From a virus (lineage: Duplodnaviria > Caudoviricetes), in the IMG/VR virus record IMGVR_UViG_3300032132_000007, positions 1 to 63,153 of that record: a DNA stretch of 63,153 nucleotides. One strand, written 5' to 3'. A program made the position numbers and the translations under genes. The notes under the pieces are model-generated. The model worked only from the letters and a program-made list of their open reading frames with translations. It was not told where the DNA came from and did not search any database. Positions 44,818 to 55,658 of this stretch are shown piece by piece. How positions within the stretch are numbered: position 1 is the stretch's first letter; the number at the start of each line of letters is the position of its first letter.

Positions 44818-46650
44818 ATGGTAAACATCAAACAAAAAGGCCCGCGCCGACGACTGTGGAAGGCACTGCAGCACAGCTACAGCGAGCTGCGCCCCTTCCG
44901 GGAGCACCGAAGGGCACTGCTGGAGAGGTATACATCCTCCTGGCCGATCGGTGAGGACAAGAAAAAAAGACCGACGATGCTGCCGTTGGTGGCGCAGACG
45001 GCGAATGCTTACATGCAGGCGCTTGTCGCGAGCAACCCCCGAGTAATCATTTCCACCCACGATCAGGAGCTGCGGGGGTTTTCGCACCACTACACCGCAG
45101 CCATAAATAACCTGATCAAAGAGATCAAATTCGCCGACGAGCTGCGTCTGGCGACGCTCGATGCCTTCTTCTTTGCCGGGTTCATGAAGATCTACTGGGC
45201 ACCTGGTGAGCCTGTGGAGATTGAGGATCCGGACAAACCGAAGGAGCCGGGCCTGTACTCGAAAGACGAGGAGTGGGACCAGTACACGAAACGACAGCAC
45301 AACACGATCTGGGTGGATCCGGGCAAGCCGATGATCGAGAGGATCAGTCCGGACGACTTCACATTCGACATGACCGCCACGAAGTGGAGTTCCAGCCGGT
45401 TCATGGCTCACGAGTACGATGTGCCCCTGAGTGTTCTGGAAGAGGATGACCGGGTCGACAAGAAGATGCTGAAGACCCTTCCGGAGTGGAGCAGGTGGAA
45501 GGGCAGCCTGTTCTCTGGTGGCGGGGATCGAGCTGACCAGCTGCACGAATCGTCAGGTTCTCCGGTGACGCTGGAGCCGATGATTCGCGTGGCAGACCTG
45601 TACATGCCATTCGAGCGGTGCTGGGGCATGATGGCGTCAAACGGCGAAATGCTGTTTGTTGACGACTATGAGGGTCCGGAAGGCGGCATGTATCGGATGC
45701 TGTCATTTGACGATGTGCCCGACTCCATACCCGGAATTGCACCGGGGATGCACCTCATGCACCTTCATGACCTCCAGAACAGTCTGTTCCGCAAACAAGC
45801 AAATCAGGCGAAGCGCCAGAAGGAAGTCATCGGGTATCTCGGCGACCGCGAGGACGCGAACACTCACAAGAATTCGCCGGACGGAGAGTACATCCGTCTG
45901 GGTTCTGAGAACGGTCTGGTACCTATGCAGACCGGTGGTCCGAGCCAGGTGAATCTGGCGTTCGGGCAGCTGCTCGACGGTGTATTTAACGATGTCGCTG
46001 GAAATCCCGACGCAATGTCTGGTCGGGGTCCGTCAGCGAAAACAGCCAGTCAGGAGCAGTTGATCCACGCACGGATGGCGGGTCGTGAGGAGAAGATGCG
46101 TGAGCGGATTATCTCTCTGACGCAGGGTCTCAGTGAGGATCTGGCGCTCATGCTGTGGGTGGATGAGCAGACGGAGATGCGTGGTGAGTACACGATTCCG
46201 GGCATCGATGAACCGATTGCGGCGAACTGGACCCCGGAAGACCGTGAAGGTGATTTCATACAGTACCGCGTGACTGTCGAGCCGTACTCCATGCAGTACC
46301 AGAGTCCTCAGATGCGATCGCAGGCACTGACTGGTCTACTTCAGCAGGTGATTATGCCTGTGATGCCGATGCTTCAGCAGCAGGGTGGCACGATCGACGC
46401 GGCTGCTCTCACTGACATGCTCTCGGAGTTGAACGACCTCCCGCGTTTGAAGGAATTGGTGAAGTTCACCGCGCCTATGGCTCCTCCACCTGGTCAGCAG
46501 CAGCAACCCGCCAACCCGAACACCGGTCCTCGACACTACGTGCGTGAGTCTGTGAGCAACGGAGGTTCTCCCGATGCACAGCGTGTGCAAAACATGCAGG
46601 CACTGATGTATGGCGGTCAGAACCAGAACCAGGGGGGTGCGCAACCATGA
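44818..46650 (+). CDS. Portal protein
   Basis: 610 aa directly after terL; ERISPDDFTFD, KTASQEQL and a Q/P-rich C-terminus typical of podovirus portals. Confidence 0.85.
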   Translation: MVNIKQKGPRRRLWKALQHSYSELRPFREHRRALLERYTSSWPIGEDKKKRPTMLPLVAQTANAYMQALVASNPRVIISTHDQELRGFSHHYTAAINNLIKEIKFADELRLATLDAFFFAGFMKIYWAPGEPVEIEDPDKPKEPGLYSKDEEWDQYTKRQHNTIWVDPGKPMIERISPDDFTFDMTATKWSSSRFMAHEYDVPLSVLEEDDRVDKKMLKTLPEWSRWKGSLFSGGGDRADQLHESSGSPVTLEPMIRVADLYMPFERCWGMMASNGEMLFVDDYEGPEGGMYRMLSFDDVPDSIPGIAPGMHLMHLHDLQNSLFRKQANQAKRQKEVIGYLGDREDANTHKNSPDGEYIRLGSENGLVPMQTGGPSQVNLAFGQLLDGVFNDVAGNPDAMSGRGPSAKTASQEQLIHARMAGREEKMRERIISLTQGLSEDLALMLWVDEQTEMRGEYTIPGIDEPIAANWTPEDREGDFIQYRVTVEPYSMQYQSPQMRSQALTGLLQQVIMPVMPMLQQQGGTIDAAALTDMLSELNDLPRLKELVKFTAPMAPPPGQQQQPANPNTGPRHYVRESVSNGGSPDAQRVQNMQALMYGGQNQNQGGAQP

Positions 46651-47105
46651 GGTATGAGGTCAATGGGAGATTGGTGTCACAAGAAGAGTTCAAGGCCCAT
46701 TCGAAGCGGCGTGTGCGCCTTCACGGTGGGATTAAGGGGATGCTCACGGATGGCAAGGCGCCTGGTGGACACGCTCCGTACTGGGGCACCGGGCACAACT
46801 CATTCGGTGCAGGGGTACCACCACATCAAGCCGGTGAGTACCAGCAGTGGTTGAAGGAGCAGGGATTGTCGGGAGTCACCGTGAACGGTGATGGGTCCGT
46901 CGATGTTGCTTCCCCAGAGAACTGGCGCAAGCTCCTGGCCGCGAGAAACCTCGCAGAGCAGACACCGTACGGCACCGGTAAGAAGCGGACGGAGCCAAAC
47001 ACTGACCCGCCCAAACCGAGCACGCCGGACGCGGGAAAACTCCGTGAAGCGGCAGCGAAGATCCGTCAGTCACCGCGCATCAAACAGATACTCGGTGAGT
47101 CGTAG
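46647..47105 (+). CDS. Hypothetical protein
   Basis: ATGA overlap with the portal gene. Confidence 0.65.
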   Translation: MRYEVNGRLVSQEEFKAHSKRRVRLHGGIKGMLTDGKAPGGHAPYWGTGHNSFGAGVPPHQAGEYQQWLKEQGLSGVTVNGDGSVDVASPENWRKLLAARNLAEQTPYGTGKKRTEPNTDPPKPSTPDAGKLREAAAKIRQSPRIKQILGES

Positions 47106-47161
47106 TAGTAACCCCCGATACAGAGTCGCGGACAAAACTAACTCAGTGGCGGGGAAACACT

Positions 47162-48190
47162 ATGGGTCTGCGAAACCTGACAGAAGACACACGCGTCATG
47201 GCACCGGAAGAGGACACAGAGCCTGCAGGCGCGGTTGCGCTTCCAGACTCCCCAGAGGATGTCCGCGAGATGGTGCGCGATGCTGGTGAACGCCTGGGGA
47301 TGAATCAGTCGTCAGAAGAACCAGCGGAAGATCACGGGGATGAATCAGAGGGTACAGAGGACACCTCAGAGACTACTGAGGTGCGCAACGAGTCACCGGT
47401 CGTTGACAACGATCCGACCGATGGAGTGCGGCACGACGATGAATATGTCCGTTTTGCCAAAGAGAGATTGGGGTGGACTGATTCGGTTATCGATTCAGTG
47501 ACACCCGAGGTGTTGGAGCAGGCTGTCACGGAGAAGGCGCAGGCGCTGTGGTTTCCACAGCAGCAAGCGCCACCACCCCAGATGCAGCAGGCACCGGCGC
47601 AGCAACCCGGTTCTCCACCAGAACCAGCCACCGACCATGATGCAGCGGTCGCGAGTGCGTTGGAAAAGGTGAAAGAGGAGGGTTACGGCGACGAGATTTC
47701 TGAACTCATCACCGCAATGCAGGCTCAGTCGCAGGCCAAACAGCAGGCGCTTGAGCAGCAGGTGTACGGGATGCAGCAGCATTTTCAGCAGCAGGGAGAG
47801 AGGCAGTTTCAGGGCGCACTGAATCAGCTGATCGATGGGCTGGGAAATGCGGAACGGTACGGAACCGAACAGGACTGGACACAGGCTCAGATGGAGCGTG
47901 CCCAGACGCTGCAGAACGAAGTCGTGAAGCGCGTTCAGGCAGGCGAGCAGATGAGTCCCCTTATGGTGAAAGTTCTGGACGAACGAATGTTCGGTGGAGT
48001 TGGGACACCATCGAATATCGTGCAGGAGTCAAAAGCTCGTGCGCTGAAAAGTCAGTCCCGACGACGAGGTGGCGTTGGATCGAAAGCGGCAGCACCCCGA
48101 GAGGACAAATTCACGGGGTCTCCGGATGACAATCCGAAGCTACATGCACTTTGGCAGAAACTAAATGCGGAGAATGGTCGCCCTGGGTGA
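47162..48190 (+). CDS. Putative capsid scaffolding protein
   Basis: Acidic, disordered N-terminus and Q-rich coiled coil; immediately precedes the major capsid gene. Confidence 0.7.
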   Translation: MGLRNLTEDTRVMAPEEDTEPAGAVALPDSPEDVREMVRDAGERLGMNQSSEEPAEDHGDESEGTEDTSETTEVRNESPVVDNDPTDGVRHDDEYVRFAKERLGWTDSVIDSVTPEVLEQAVTEKAQALWFPQQQAPPPQMQQAPAQQPGSPPEPATDHDAAVASALEKVKEEGYGDEISELITAMQAQSQAKQQALEQQVYGMQQHFQQQGERQFQGALNQLIDGLGNAERYGTEQDWTQAQMERAQTLQNEVVKRVQAGEQMSPLMVKVLDERMFGGVGTPSNIVQESKARALKSQSRRRGGVGSKAAAPREDKFTGSPDDNPKLHALWQKLNAENGRPG

Positions 48191-48219
48191 TCGTCCGCAC
48201 CTGATAAAAGGAGCTACTC

Positions 48220-49269
48220 ATGGCTGCTCTCTATCCAGATCAGCTGGATGATTTCGTCAACGCGACACTTGACGAATACATGAAGAAAAACTGGGTCGAC
48301 ATTTCGCTCGAACACCAGGAATACACGTTCGCCGAGCACTTCATGGGTCAGAAAGGCCCGAAAAGTCGTGGCGGCGTTCAACTGACATGGGATGTTCAGG
48401 TTGAGAATCTGGGTTCTGCCCGGATGACCGGCTTGTATTCCACGAACCAAGTCCGTCAGAAGAACATTCTGACGCAGGCGAAGCAGCAGTGGGCGATGTC
48501 CACGGCGAACTTCTCCTACGACGTGGACGAAGATGCCATGCAGACGGGACCGGAAGAGATCATCTCTCTGGTTCTGGCTCGCGAGCACGCGATGTGGAAC
48601 GACTGGTTCGACCTGATGGAAGAACAGCTGTGGGGTGCTCCGGCATCTGACAGTGAGAATCCACGGAATGTGTCTGGTGTCCCGTTCTGGGTCCAGAAAA
48701 ATGCAACCCTCGGCTTTTCCGGTGGCAACCCGACTGGGTTCTCCGGTGGCGCTGGTGGCATCAGTTCAAGCACGTACTCGAAGTGGAAGAACTTCTCCGG
48801 AACGTATTCCACCGTGTCACGTCCCGATCTGATTGCGAGCTGGATCAAGGCTGTGAACTTCTGTCAGTTCAAGTCGCCGCACAAGTTCAATCAGCTTGAC
48901 GGCAATCCCCGTTGGGAATTCTGGACGACGTTCCGACTCGTTCAGCCTCTCTGGGAATTCCTCGACAGCCGCAACGACAACCTGACTGACCTGGCTGGAA
49001 TGGCTGGCGATGCAGCGAAGTTCATGGGTATCCCCGTCAGGACTGCCTGGGTGCTGGAAAACAGCTCCACGGTGACTGACACGTCCGATCCTCTGTACGG
49101 GATCGACTGGGGCAGCCTGGAATTCTTCTTCTCGAAGGGTCGTGAGATGCGTCTTGGTCCGGTGGTTAGCGCCCCGAACCAGAGAAACGTCCGCGAACGG
49201 CACCTCGACTCGTTCTGCAACATTGCGTGCAAGAACCGTCGCCGCAACTTCGTTCTGTACTCAGCCTGA
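48220..49269 (+). CDS. Major capsid protein
   Basis: AAGGAG RBS; 349 aa after the scaffold gene; strongly biased codons; C-terminal FMGIPV..D..LYGID..N..RRR pattern consistent with an HK97 fold. Confidence 0.85.
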   Translation: MAALYPDQLDDFVNATLDEYMKKNWVDISLEHQEYTFAEHFMGQKGPKSRGGVQLTWDVQVENLGSARMTGLYSTNQVRQKNILTQAKQQWAMSTANFSYDVDEDAMQTGPEEIISLVLAREHAMWNDWFDLMEEQLWGAPASDSENPRNVSGVPFWVQKNATLGFSGGNPTGFSGGAGGISSSTYSKWKNFSGTYSTVSRPDLIASWIKAVNFCQFKSPHKFNQLDGNPRWEFWTTFRLVQPLWEFLDSRNDNLTDLAGMAGDAAKFMGIPVRTAWVLENSSTVTDTSDPLYGIDWGSLEFFFSKGREMRLGPVVSAPNQRNVRERHLDSFCNIACKNRRRNFVLYSA

Positions 49270-49317
49270 TGTCAGGTAAGTAACCAATCACACAACTCCA
49301 ATCAGGAGAATTGAATC

Positions 49318-50052
49318 ATGGCAGGAATCAATCGCCGATTTGATGGCGAGTATGAAAGTTCGGATAAGCGAGGAAGGACCGGCGAGATTTTTCGTCTGAT
49401 TGATGTCGGTGACATCCTGAACGGAAATCGGGTCCGTGGGTTTGGTGTTGCCGATGATGGCGTCGATACCTTCAGCGGTTGGGTTCAAACTCAAAAGACT
49501 TCTGGGACAGTGACAAATGTGTCCACTGGTCGAGGCAGCGTTGTTCAGATCGATCCCGGTGCAACAACATCCGGTAATGGAATGAACCTCCAGTGTGGAG
49601 GTGGGTTCACGCCCGCAGCCGGAACGACCATTGCATTCGAGTGCAATGTTCAGACTGACCTTGTGCGCGGAAGTTTCTTTTTCGGTCTCGCAGAAGTCGA
49701 CACTACCACCCTGACTTCGTCAGCTAACACGACTTCCAACCACATTGGGTTCGAGTCCATAGCTGCCAGTGGTGTGTTTGGATTTCACAGCGAGAAAGCG
49801 GATACCCGCGTTTCAACGGCGGGCGTTCACACGCTCGTGGCAGCCACCGAAGTGCTGCTTGGTTTTCGGATCAACGGCCTTTCGAGTGTCGAGGTGTATG
49901 TAAACCGGACGAAGGTGACGACTACGGAAATCACCGGATCCTCCATTCCCATTGTGGGAATGGCACCCACCATTGTGGTCCAGGCAGATGGCGGCAGATC
50001 GGTAGCCAAAATCGACTGGGTCGACTGCTTCCAGCAGGATCAGGGTGACTGA
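49318..50052 (+). CDS. Putative capsid decoration/minor structural protein (beta-sandwich)
   Basis: G/T/S-rich; co-transcribed with the capsid gene before a terminator. Confidence 0.6.
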   Translation: MAGINRRFDGEYESSDKRGRTGEIFRLIDVGDILNGNRVRGFGVADDGVDTFSGWVQTQKTSGTVTNVSTGRGSVVQIDPGATTSGNGMNLQCGGGFTPAAGTTIAFECNVQTDLVRGSFFFGLAEVDTTTLTSSANTTSNHIGFESIAASGVFGFHSEKADTRVSTAGVHTLVAATEVLLGFRINGLSSVEVYVNRTKVTTTEITGSSIPIVGMAPTIVVQADGGRSVAKIDWVDCFQQDQGD

Positions 50053-50091
50053 TGACATCACTTCTGAGAGGGGGGTGATCGCGGTATCTGG

Positions 50092-50123
50092 GGGGCAGGG
50101 CGCGAAGGTGCCCTGCCCCTTTT
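50092..50123 (+). terminator. Intrinsic terminator after the capsid genes
   Basis: GGGGCAGGGCGC-GAAG-GTGCCCTGCCCC-TTTT. Confidence 0.85.
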
Positions 50124-50146
50124 CATGACACGGGGGAGGGGATCTG

Positions 50147-50950
50147 ATGGACAGCACACACATTCTTGAAGAACTGGAAGCACTGCGGGGGATTCTGAAT
50201 CTGTCACCAGACGAAGAGGTGCCGAAAGATCTTGAGAAGGCGGTAGCGAATGCACAGAGGATGATGCACGGCGCTGGTATCACGGGGCGAATTGAACCGT
50301 TCGGCCTGGTGCTTCTGGCATTGCAGGCGGGTTATGCCCGGAAGACGAGGACGGTGAAGAATGCGTTCCGGAAGGTGAAAAAGAACACACGCGTGAAGTG
50401 GCAGGAGAAGTACCGAGAGACGTGGGGTCTGTTCCAATTTGTGTGTGATGCACCGCGTGACACCTACTGCCGCGTGATCGAACTGGGTGACCACAGTGCG
50501 CCGCGTGACATTGAGGAGCACCGCCTGACGATCGCAGAAGATGCAGAGCCGCCCGAGGCCCGTCCGGTAGACGAGGAATTGCCGTTCAATCCGGGACAGC
50601 GCGTCATCGTGGGCGAGGAGCAGGGTTATTTCCGTGCAGTGAGTCCGACTGGGCGCATTCGAGTGGAGCTGAACCGGGTCGGTCTCACCACGCTGGAGTC
50701 GTTTGACCTGGAAGAAGTGCGGGCTTTCGACACTGACAAAGACGCGGCAGAGGAACCGAAAGGTTGGGGCACAGTACAGTCTGGTCACCCCTGTAGTTTC
50801 GTTACAGCAGAGGGTGACCTTGAGGACGCGGTGTTCGTGCGCACTGACGGTGAAGGCAAAGTGTGTCTGCGTGTAATCGAAACCGATGCAGAGATAGTCG
50901 TGGACACGGATGATGTGGTACTTGACTCAATGGTGACTATCGATGGCTGA
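50147..50950 (+). CDS. Hypothetical protein with SH3-like beta modules
   Basis: GGAGG RBS; repeated short beta modules such as FNPGQRVIV. Confidence 0.65.
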   Translation: MDSTHILEELEALRGILNLSPDEEVPKDLEKAVANAQRMMHGAGITGRIEPFGLVLLALQAGYARKTRTVKNAFRKVKKNTRVKWQEKYRETWGLFQFVCDAPRDTYCRVIELGDHSAPRDIEEHRLTIAEDAEPPEARPVDEELPFNPGQRVIVGEEQGYFRAVSPTGRIRVELNRVGLTTLESFDLEEVRAFDTDKDAAEEPKGWGTVQSGHPCSFVTAEGDLEDAVFVRTDGEGKVCLRVIETDAEIVVDTDDVVLDSMVTIDG

Positions 50951-53900
50951 ACCCACTCTCTCTCTGAAGCGTGACGACGTGCGTACCCGGATCGCTCTGT
51001 ATCTGGGGTATGGTGTCGACCCAAATGAGTGGGAGCATGATCAGATCACGTTGATCGATCTGTGTCTGGCGGATGGTCTCCGAAAGTTCGAGTCGCCTGT
51101 CATAGAAAAGCAGCCATACGAATGGTCGTTTCGGAAAGTCCAGGGAACATTGACGACCGTGGTGGCACAGCAGGCATACGACATTACGCAAGACGATTTC
51201 ACTGGCATTCTGGATGTCATGATCAACACGGCTGCCGGTGGCGGTACGCCGATCGCGATGATTCCAGTGGACACACTGCTGCAGAAAGCGTCGAAAGAAG
51301 CGCCCGCCAACGGTGTACCTCAATACGCAGCGTTACGCAAAAAGGCGGGCGCTCCGAGCACGACACAGAGTGTTCGGTGGGAGGTGTTGCTTTTTCCGAA
51401 ACCGTCTGCGATTCACACTATCCAATACACGTACCCGTTTTACCCGGATAGCGTGTCCACCAACACATTCCTGTCAGTACCGGCACCACATTCCCAGACG
51501 GTGATTGCGGCTGCCCTGTCGGTCGCCGAGCAGTACACGCGTCCCGAGGAAACGACGCAGCGCGAGTCCTATCAGGAATTATTGGCAGCATCGGCGGCTC
51601 ACGACCAGCAGGTTGGTCGTAGCATGGAGCAGACGTTCGCCTATGCCGCACCAGCGTTCGGAACGTACAGCTGGTTCGCGAGACGGATCGGGAACTGGCT
51701 GCAGCACGGGTGGAACCAGCACGAATGGTCGGCAGCCCAGACAGAGGAAGTCGATGACATCCTTCAGCGCGGGCTGAAAAAGTTTTACTTTCCTACATTG
51801 GGTGGGGAGCCTCATACGTGGTCGTTTTTGACGGTGTCGTCGACGATCGCGATGGTCACGAACCAGGTGGACTATCCTCTACCGAGTGGTTTTCAGGGTA
51901 TTCTGGGCAGCCTCACGTTCAAGGCAGGGTCAACTGACAAGCCGGTGACGCAGATACCGCATGAGGAGTTACGTGCCCTCCGAGCATCCAGCGACACCGC
52001 AGGTACGCCTCAATTCTTTGCGGTGACTCCGAAGACGACGACCGGTAGCAGCAGTCAGCTGCGTCAGGTGAGTCTGTACCCGAAACCCGATTCGCCGCAC
52101 AACACGGATGACCTGAGCTTTCGGTACACACTTACCCCCGGCGTGCTGACCACAACGAATTCGTATCCATACGGTGGTGAGGCTCACTCGGAGTGCATCC
52201 TGGCGGCATGTCGGTCGGTCTGGGCGCAGGGCACAGAGAATCAGCCGGGTTCGGACGAGTCGTTCCAGATGTGCCTGGCGGCATCGGTCGCGATTGACCG
52301 ACAAAACGAGATATCCTCACGTAACACCACAGTCAACGTGACGAGTCCACAGTTCGGGACATATCTCTGGTTCACGCGGCAGGTTGGAGACTGGCTGGGA
52401 TTCGGATGGAATCAGAACGAGTGGACCGAGTCTGAGACAACACGGGCAGACGATGTTCTACAGCGGGGTCTGAACAAGTTCTACTTCCCGATGACGGACC
52501 ACAGCTGGTCGTTCTTGACTCTGTCAGACGATATCACGATGACAACAAACACTGTGGATTATCCTCTTCCTGCAGGGTTCCAGGGACTGCTGGGTGATTT
52601 GACGTTCCCGGCAAACAGCACGTTCAAGCCGGTCACGGAAGTTCCGCACGACGAGCTGCGGTCGATGAGGGCGAGCAGTGACACTGCGGGAACTCCTCAG
52701 TTTTTCGCGATCACGCCGAAAACCACAACGGGCAGTGCATCCCAGCTTCGTCAGGTGTCCCTGTACCCGAAACCATCTTCTACGCACAACTCGACCGACC
52801 TCAGCTTCCGGTACACGCTCACGCCAGCGGTGTTGGACACATCAAATCCTCATCCGTACGGTGGAACCGCGCACGCGGAGACCATCCTGGCCGCTTGTCG
52901 TTCGGTAGTGGCATCTGGCACCGAAGCGCAGGAGATGGCAGATGCAGCGTTTGATAAGTGTTTGGCTGCTTCTGTTCAGATAGACAGGCAACAGGAAGAG
53001 CGCGAGAAAGGTACGTCAGTCAACGTGACGGCGCCATCGTTTGGCACATATCTGTGGTTCACGCGTAAGATCGGCGAATGGTTGGGATTCGGGTGGAACC
53101 AGTCGGAATGGACGGAATCCGAGACGACGAGAGCCGATGACATCCTGCAGCGGGGCTTGAAGTGTTTCTATTTCCCGCCCCCGTTGCCGGTGAACACCGA
53201 CAAGGCGGCATTCAAGCCGCCCCACAGGTGGAGTTTTCTGTCGCTGACAGGGACATTTACTATGGTGGTAGGCCAGGCGACATACCCACTCCCCGAGGGG
53301 TTCCAAGGTGTGGACGGAGACCTGTCGTACCCGGCAGGCGACCAGAACCGGTCGATCAAACAGATCACTGATAGCGACCGTCGCGGAATGAGCAGCGACT
53401 CAAACGCAAACGCGGTGTCCAAGTATTTCTCGGTATTGCCACAGACAACGACTGGTGCAGCCAATCAGCTGCGTCAGATTGTGCTGTACCCACCCCCGTC
53501 AGGGACACAGACGCTGACGTACCGCAGCACGCTCACGCCTGGGGTGCTGACATCGACCAATCCGCATCCGTATGGGGGCACTGCTCACGCGGAAACAATT
53601 CTGGCTGCGTGCCGTTACGTCTGGGCACAGGGCACAGAGCAGGAGGGTCCGGCTTATCAGTCGTTCACTCAGCGTCTGTCGGCATCTGTGGAGACCGACA
53701 AGAGCATCGAGGGAATGGCGGTCAAACCGTGGTCCCCGACCGCTTCGACATATGGGACGTACGATTGGCTGCTGGAAGAGGTGGGCGACATCATGGGGAT
53801 CGGCGCGAATCCGACCACATGGACTCACGAGGAGGAGCGTCGAATCGACAGCTTCGTGCAGCGTGGGTACGAGCTTTTCCTGCAGCCACATCTGGCGTCG

Positions 53901-54878
53901 AATCCCCGCACGCGTCATCACCGCTGGTCATTCCTGTATGCGACAGAGACCTTGACGACGAGCGCGTCTTATACAAGTGGTGCCGTGACGGTGTCGAGCG
54001 GAACAGTCACACTGGCGGAGTACACAACAGGGACCGTAGGTGCATCCTCCGGCACAGTGACCTTAGCGGGCGGAACCTGGCCGACCTGGGCAGGAGTGGC
54101 GGAATTGACGATATCGGGTATCACTTACCCGGTGAGTTCCCGTACGAGCGACACGGTACTGGAGCTGGAATCGAGTGCTGTCACTTTCGGCGGAGGGGCA
54201 ACTTATTCGTTGGGCGGAACATTCCCGGCCTGGGCAGCGGATGGCGATCTGGTAATCGACGGTTCGTCTTATGAGGTCGCGACAAGGACGAGCGGAACCG
54301 AGGTAGTGCTGGTCGACACCAGTGTGTCCGTGGCAGCGGAAACGGTGTATTCACTGGACCGTGTGTGGTACGACCTGCCAGTTACGATGCAGGAAATTGA
54401 CGGTCCTCTGACCTATCAGTCAGGGTCTGTGACGTACCCGAACGTGTTGGAGCGAGACGAGAGATACATCCGTATGCGTCGCCAGTCATACCCAAACAAG
54501 GGCACGGCACAGTTCTTCGCTCTGGCGCCCAAAATCGACACGAGCGCGGGGACATCCTGGCGACTCACCAGCTGGCCCCTGTTCGACGGGGAGTACGTGC
54601 TGACATACCGATACAAAGTAAAGCCAGGAGTTCTGTCCACAAATAAGTACCCACTGGGTGGGAGCCAGCACGCGGAGACTGTCCTCGCGAGCTGCCTGGC
54701 ATTGATTGATCCGAATGTGTATCGCGACGAGTTTGCGATGAAACTGGAATCATCCGTAGCGATGGATCAGCGTGAGCAATCCCCGACTTCGCTGGGTGTT
54801 GGTCGCGACGCGACGGCGAGGTACGGAGATTGGGACGACTGGTACAGACGTGACAACCATACGGTGACCTACTCATGA
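50943..54878 (+). CDS. Head-tail adaptor (tail tubular protein A-like) with five tandem domain copies
   Basis: Five units of about 230 aa with L..G..W..D..GL..F..WSF..YxLP..LxPxP..YPxGG..H.E..LA..ASV..D motifs. Confidence 0.8.
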   Translation: MAEPTLSLKRDDVRTRIALYLGYGVDPNEWEHDQITLIDLCLADGLRKFESPVIEKQPYEWSFRKVQGTLTTVVAQQAYDITQDDFTGILDVMINTAAGGGTPIAMIPVDTLLQKASKEAPANGVPQYAALRKKAGAPSTTQSVRWEVLLFPKPSAIHTIQYTYPFYPDSVSTNTFLSVPAPHSQTVIAAALSVAEQYTRPEETTQRESYQELLAASAAHDQQVGRSMEQTFAYAAPAFGTYSWFARRIGNWLQHGWNQHEWSAAQTEEVDDILQRGLKKFYFPTLGGEPHTWSFLTVSSTIAMVTNQVDYPLPSGFQGILGSLTFKAGSTDKPVTQIPHEELRALRASSDTAGTPQFFAVTPKTTTGSSSQLRQVSLYPKPDSPHNTDDLSFRYTLTPGVLTTTNSYPYGGEAHSECILAACRSVWAQGTENQPGSDESFQMCLAASVAIDRQNEISSRNTTVNVTSPQFGTYLWFTRQVGDWLGFGWNQNEWTESETTRADDVLQRGLNKFYFPMTDHSWSFLTLSDDITMTTNTVDYPLPAGFQGLLGDLTFPANSTFKPVTEVPHDELRSMRASSDTAGTPQFFAITPKTTTGSASQLRQVSLYPKPSSTHNSTDLSFRYTLTPAVLDTSNPHPYGGTAHAETILAACRSVVASGTEAQEMADAAFDKCLAASVQIDRQQEEREKGTSVNVTAPSFGTYLWFTRKIGEWLGFGWNQSEWTESETTRADDILQRGLKCFYFPPPLPVNTDKAAFKPPHRWSFLSLTGTFTMVVGQATYPLPEGFQGVDGDLSYPAGDQNRSIKQITDSDRRGMSSDSNANAVSKYFSVLPQTTTGAANQLRQIVLYPPPSGTQTLTYRSTLTPGVLTSTNPHPYGGTAHAETILAACRYVWAQGTEQEGPAYQSFTQRLSASVETDKSIEGMAVKPWSPTASTYGTYDWLLEEVGDIMGIGANPTTWTHEEERRIDSFVQRGYELFLQPHLASNPRTRHHRWSFLYATETLTTSASYTSGAVTVSSGTVTLAEYTTGTVGASSGTVTLAGGTWPTWAGVAELTISGITYPVSSRTSDTVLELESSAVTFGGGATYSLGGTFPAWAADGDLVIDGSSYEVATRTSGTEVVLVDTSVSVAAETVYSLDRVWYDLPVTMQEIDGPLTYQSGSVTYPNVLERDERYIRMRRQSYPNKGTAQFFALAPKIDTSAGTSWRLTSWPLFDGEYVLTYRYKVKPGVLSTNKYPLGGSQHAETVLASCLALIDPNVYRDEFAMKLESSVAMDQREQSPTSLGVGRDATARYGDWDDWYRRDNHTVTYS

Positions 54879-55276
54879 CAACTCCAAACAATTCTGTCGA
54901 ACTGGCTGCTGCTGTCGTGAACGGGTGCAACGTCTTCCGGGCGTTGGATCTGGACGAAACGAAACAGCAGGTCAAATCCACTACCGGTCATGTGTATTCG
55001 ATCTTTGCGATGAACATGACTGCGGCTCCCCTGTACCTGAAGATCTGGTTCCTGAAATCGTCCAGCGTGACGGTGGGTACGACCGGGCCGAATATCGTCA
55101 TTCCACTGCCCACGCTCGGGACTACAAACGGAGCCGGTGTGGTGTGGGACAACGTGTACGGAATGACGATTCCCACCTCAACGGGCATCACCTGTGCCTG
55201 CACGACCGGGGTTGCCGACACCGATACGACTGGACCCGCGACCAACGGTTGCATCGTCAACATCGCATACAAGTAA
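54875..55276 (+). CDS. Small beta-rich structural protein
   Basis: T/G/V-rich; in the tail module. Confidence 0.6.
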   Translation: MTTPNNSVELAAAVVNGCNVFRALDLDETKQQVKSTTGHVYSIFAMNMTAAPLYLKIWFLKSSSVTVGTTGPNIVIPLPTLGTTNGAGVVWDNVYGMTIPTSTGITCACTTGVADTDTTGPATNGCIVNIAYK

Positions 55277-55285
55277 GGGAACACG

Positions 55286-55648
55286 ATGAGAGACAAGATT
55301 GCACCGCATACAAGATATGCACAGAAGTACCATCAGGCGACCGGCTCTAGCTCGTCGGTGACCGCAGAGGTTGACGCAGACGCAGACGAGTCGTGGTGTG
55401 CAGAAGAAGTCGTGGTGTCCTGCAAAGAAATACCGACAGGGGGCACCCTGACGGTGGAGTACGTGAACAGCGCCGGTGTGCCGCAGACACCCTCCGTGTT
55501 GCACGCACATCTGACAACCGCAGGTGCGATTCGGTTTAACCTTCATGGCGTCAATCGCAGTCCGACGCAGAACGAAAAACTGAGAGCAGTCGCCGAGCAA
55601 ACAGGAAGCCCCGCCAAAGAGATTAGCGTTACTCTGTTCTACAGATGA
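55286..55648 (+). CDS. Small structural/hypothetical protein
   Basis: AAGGGA RBS; in the tail module. Confidence 0.6.
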   Translation: MRDKIAPHTRYAQKYHQATGSSSSVTAEVDADADESWCAEEVVVSCKEIPTGGTLTVEYVNSAGVPQTPSVLHAHLTTAGAIRFNLHGVNRSPTQNEKLRAVAEQTGSPAKEISVTLFYR

Positions 55649-55658
55649 GGAAGCGGAC

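Noticed and set aside
42987-45546. Long antisense ORFs opposite terL and the portal gene
   Set aside because: Typical shadow ORFs in GC-rich DNA.
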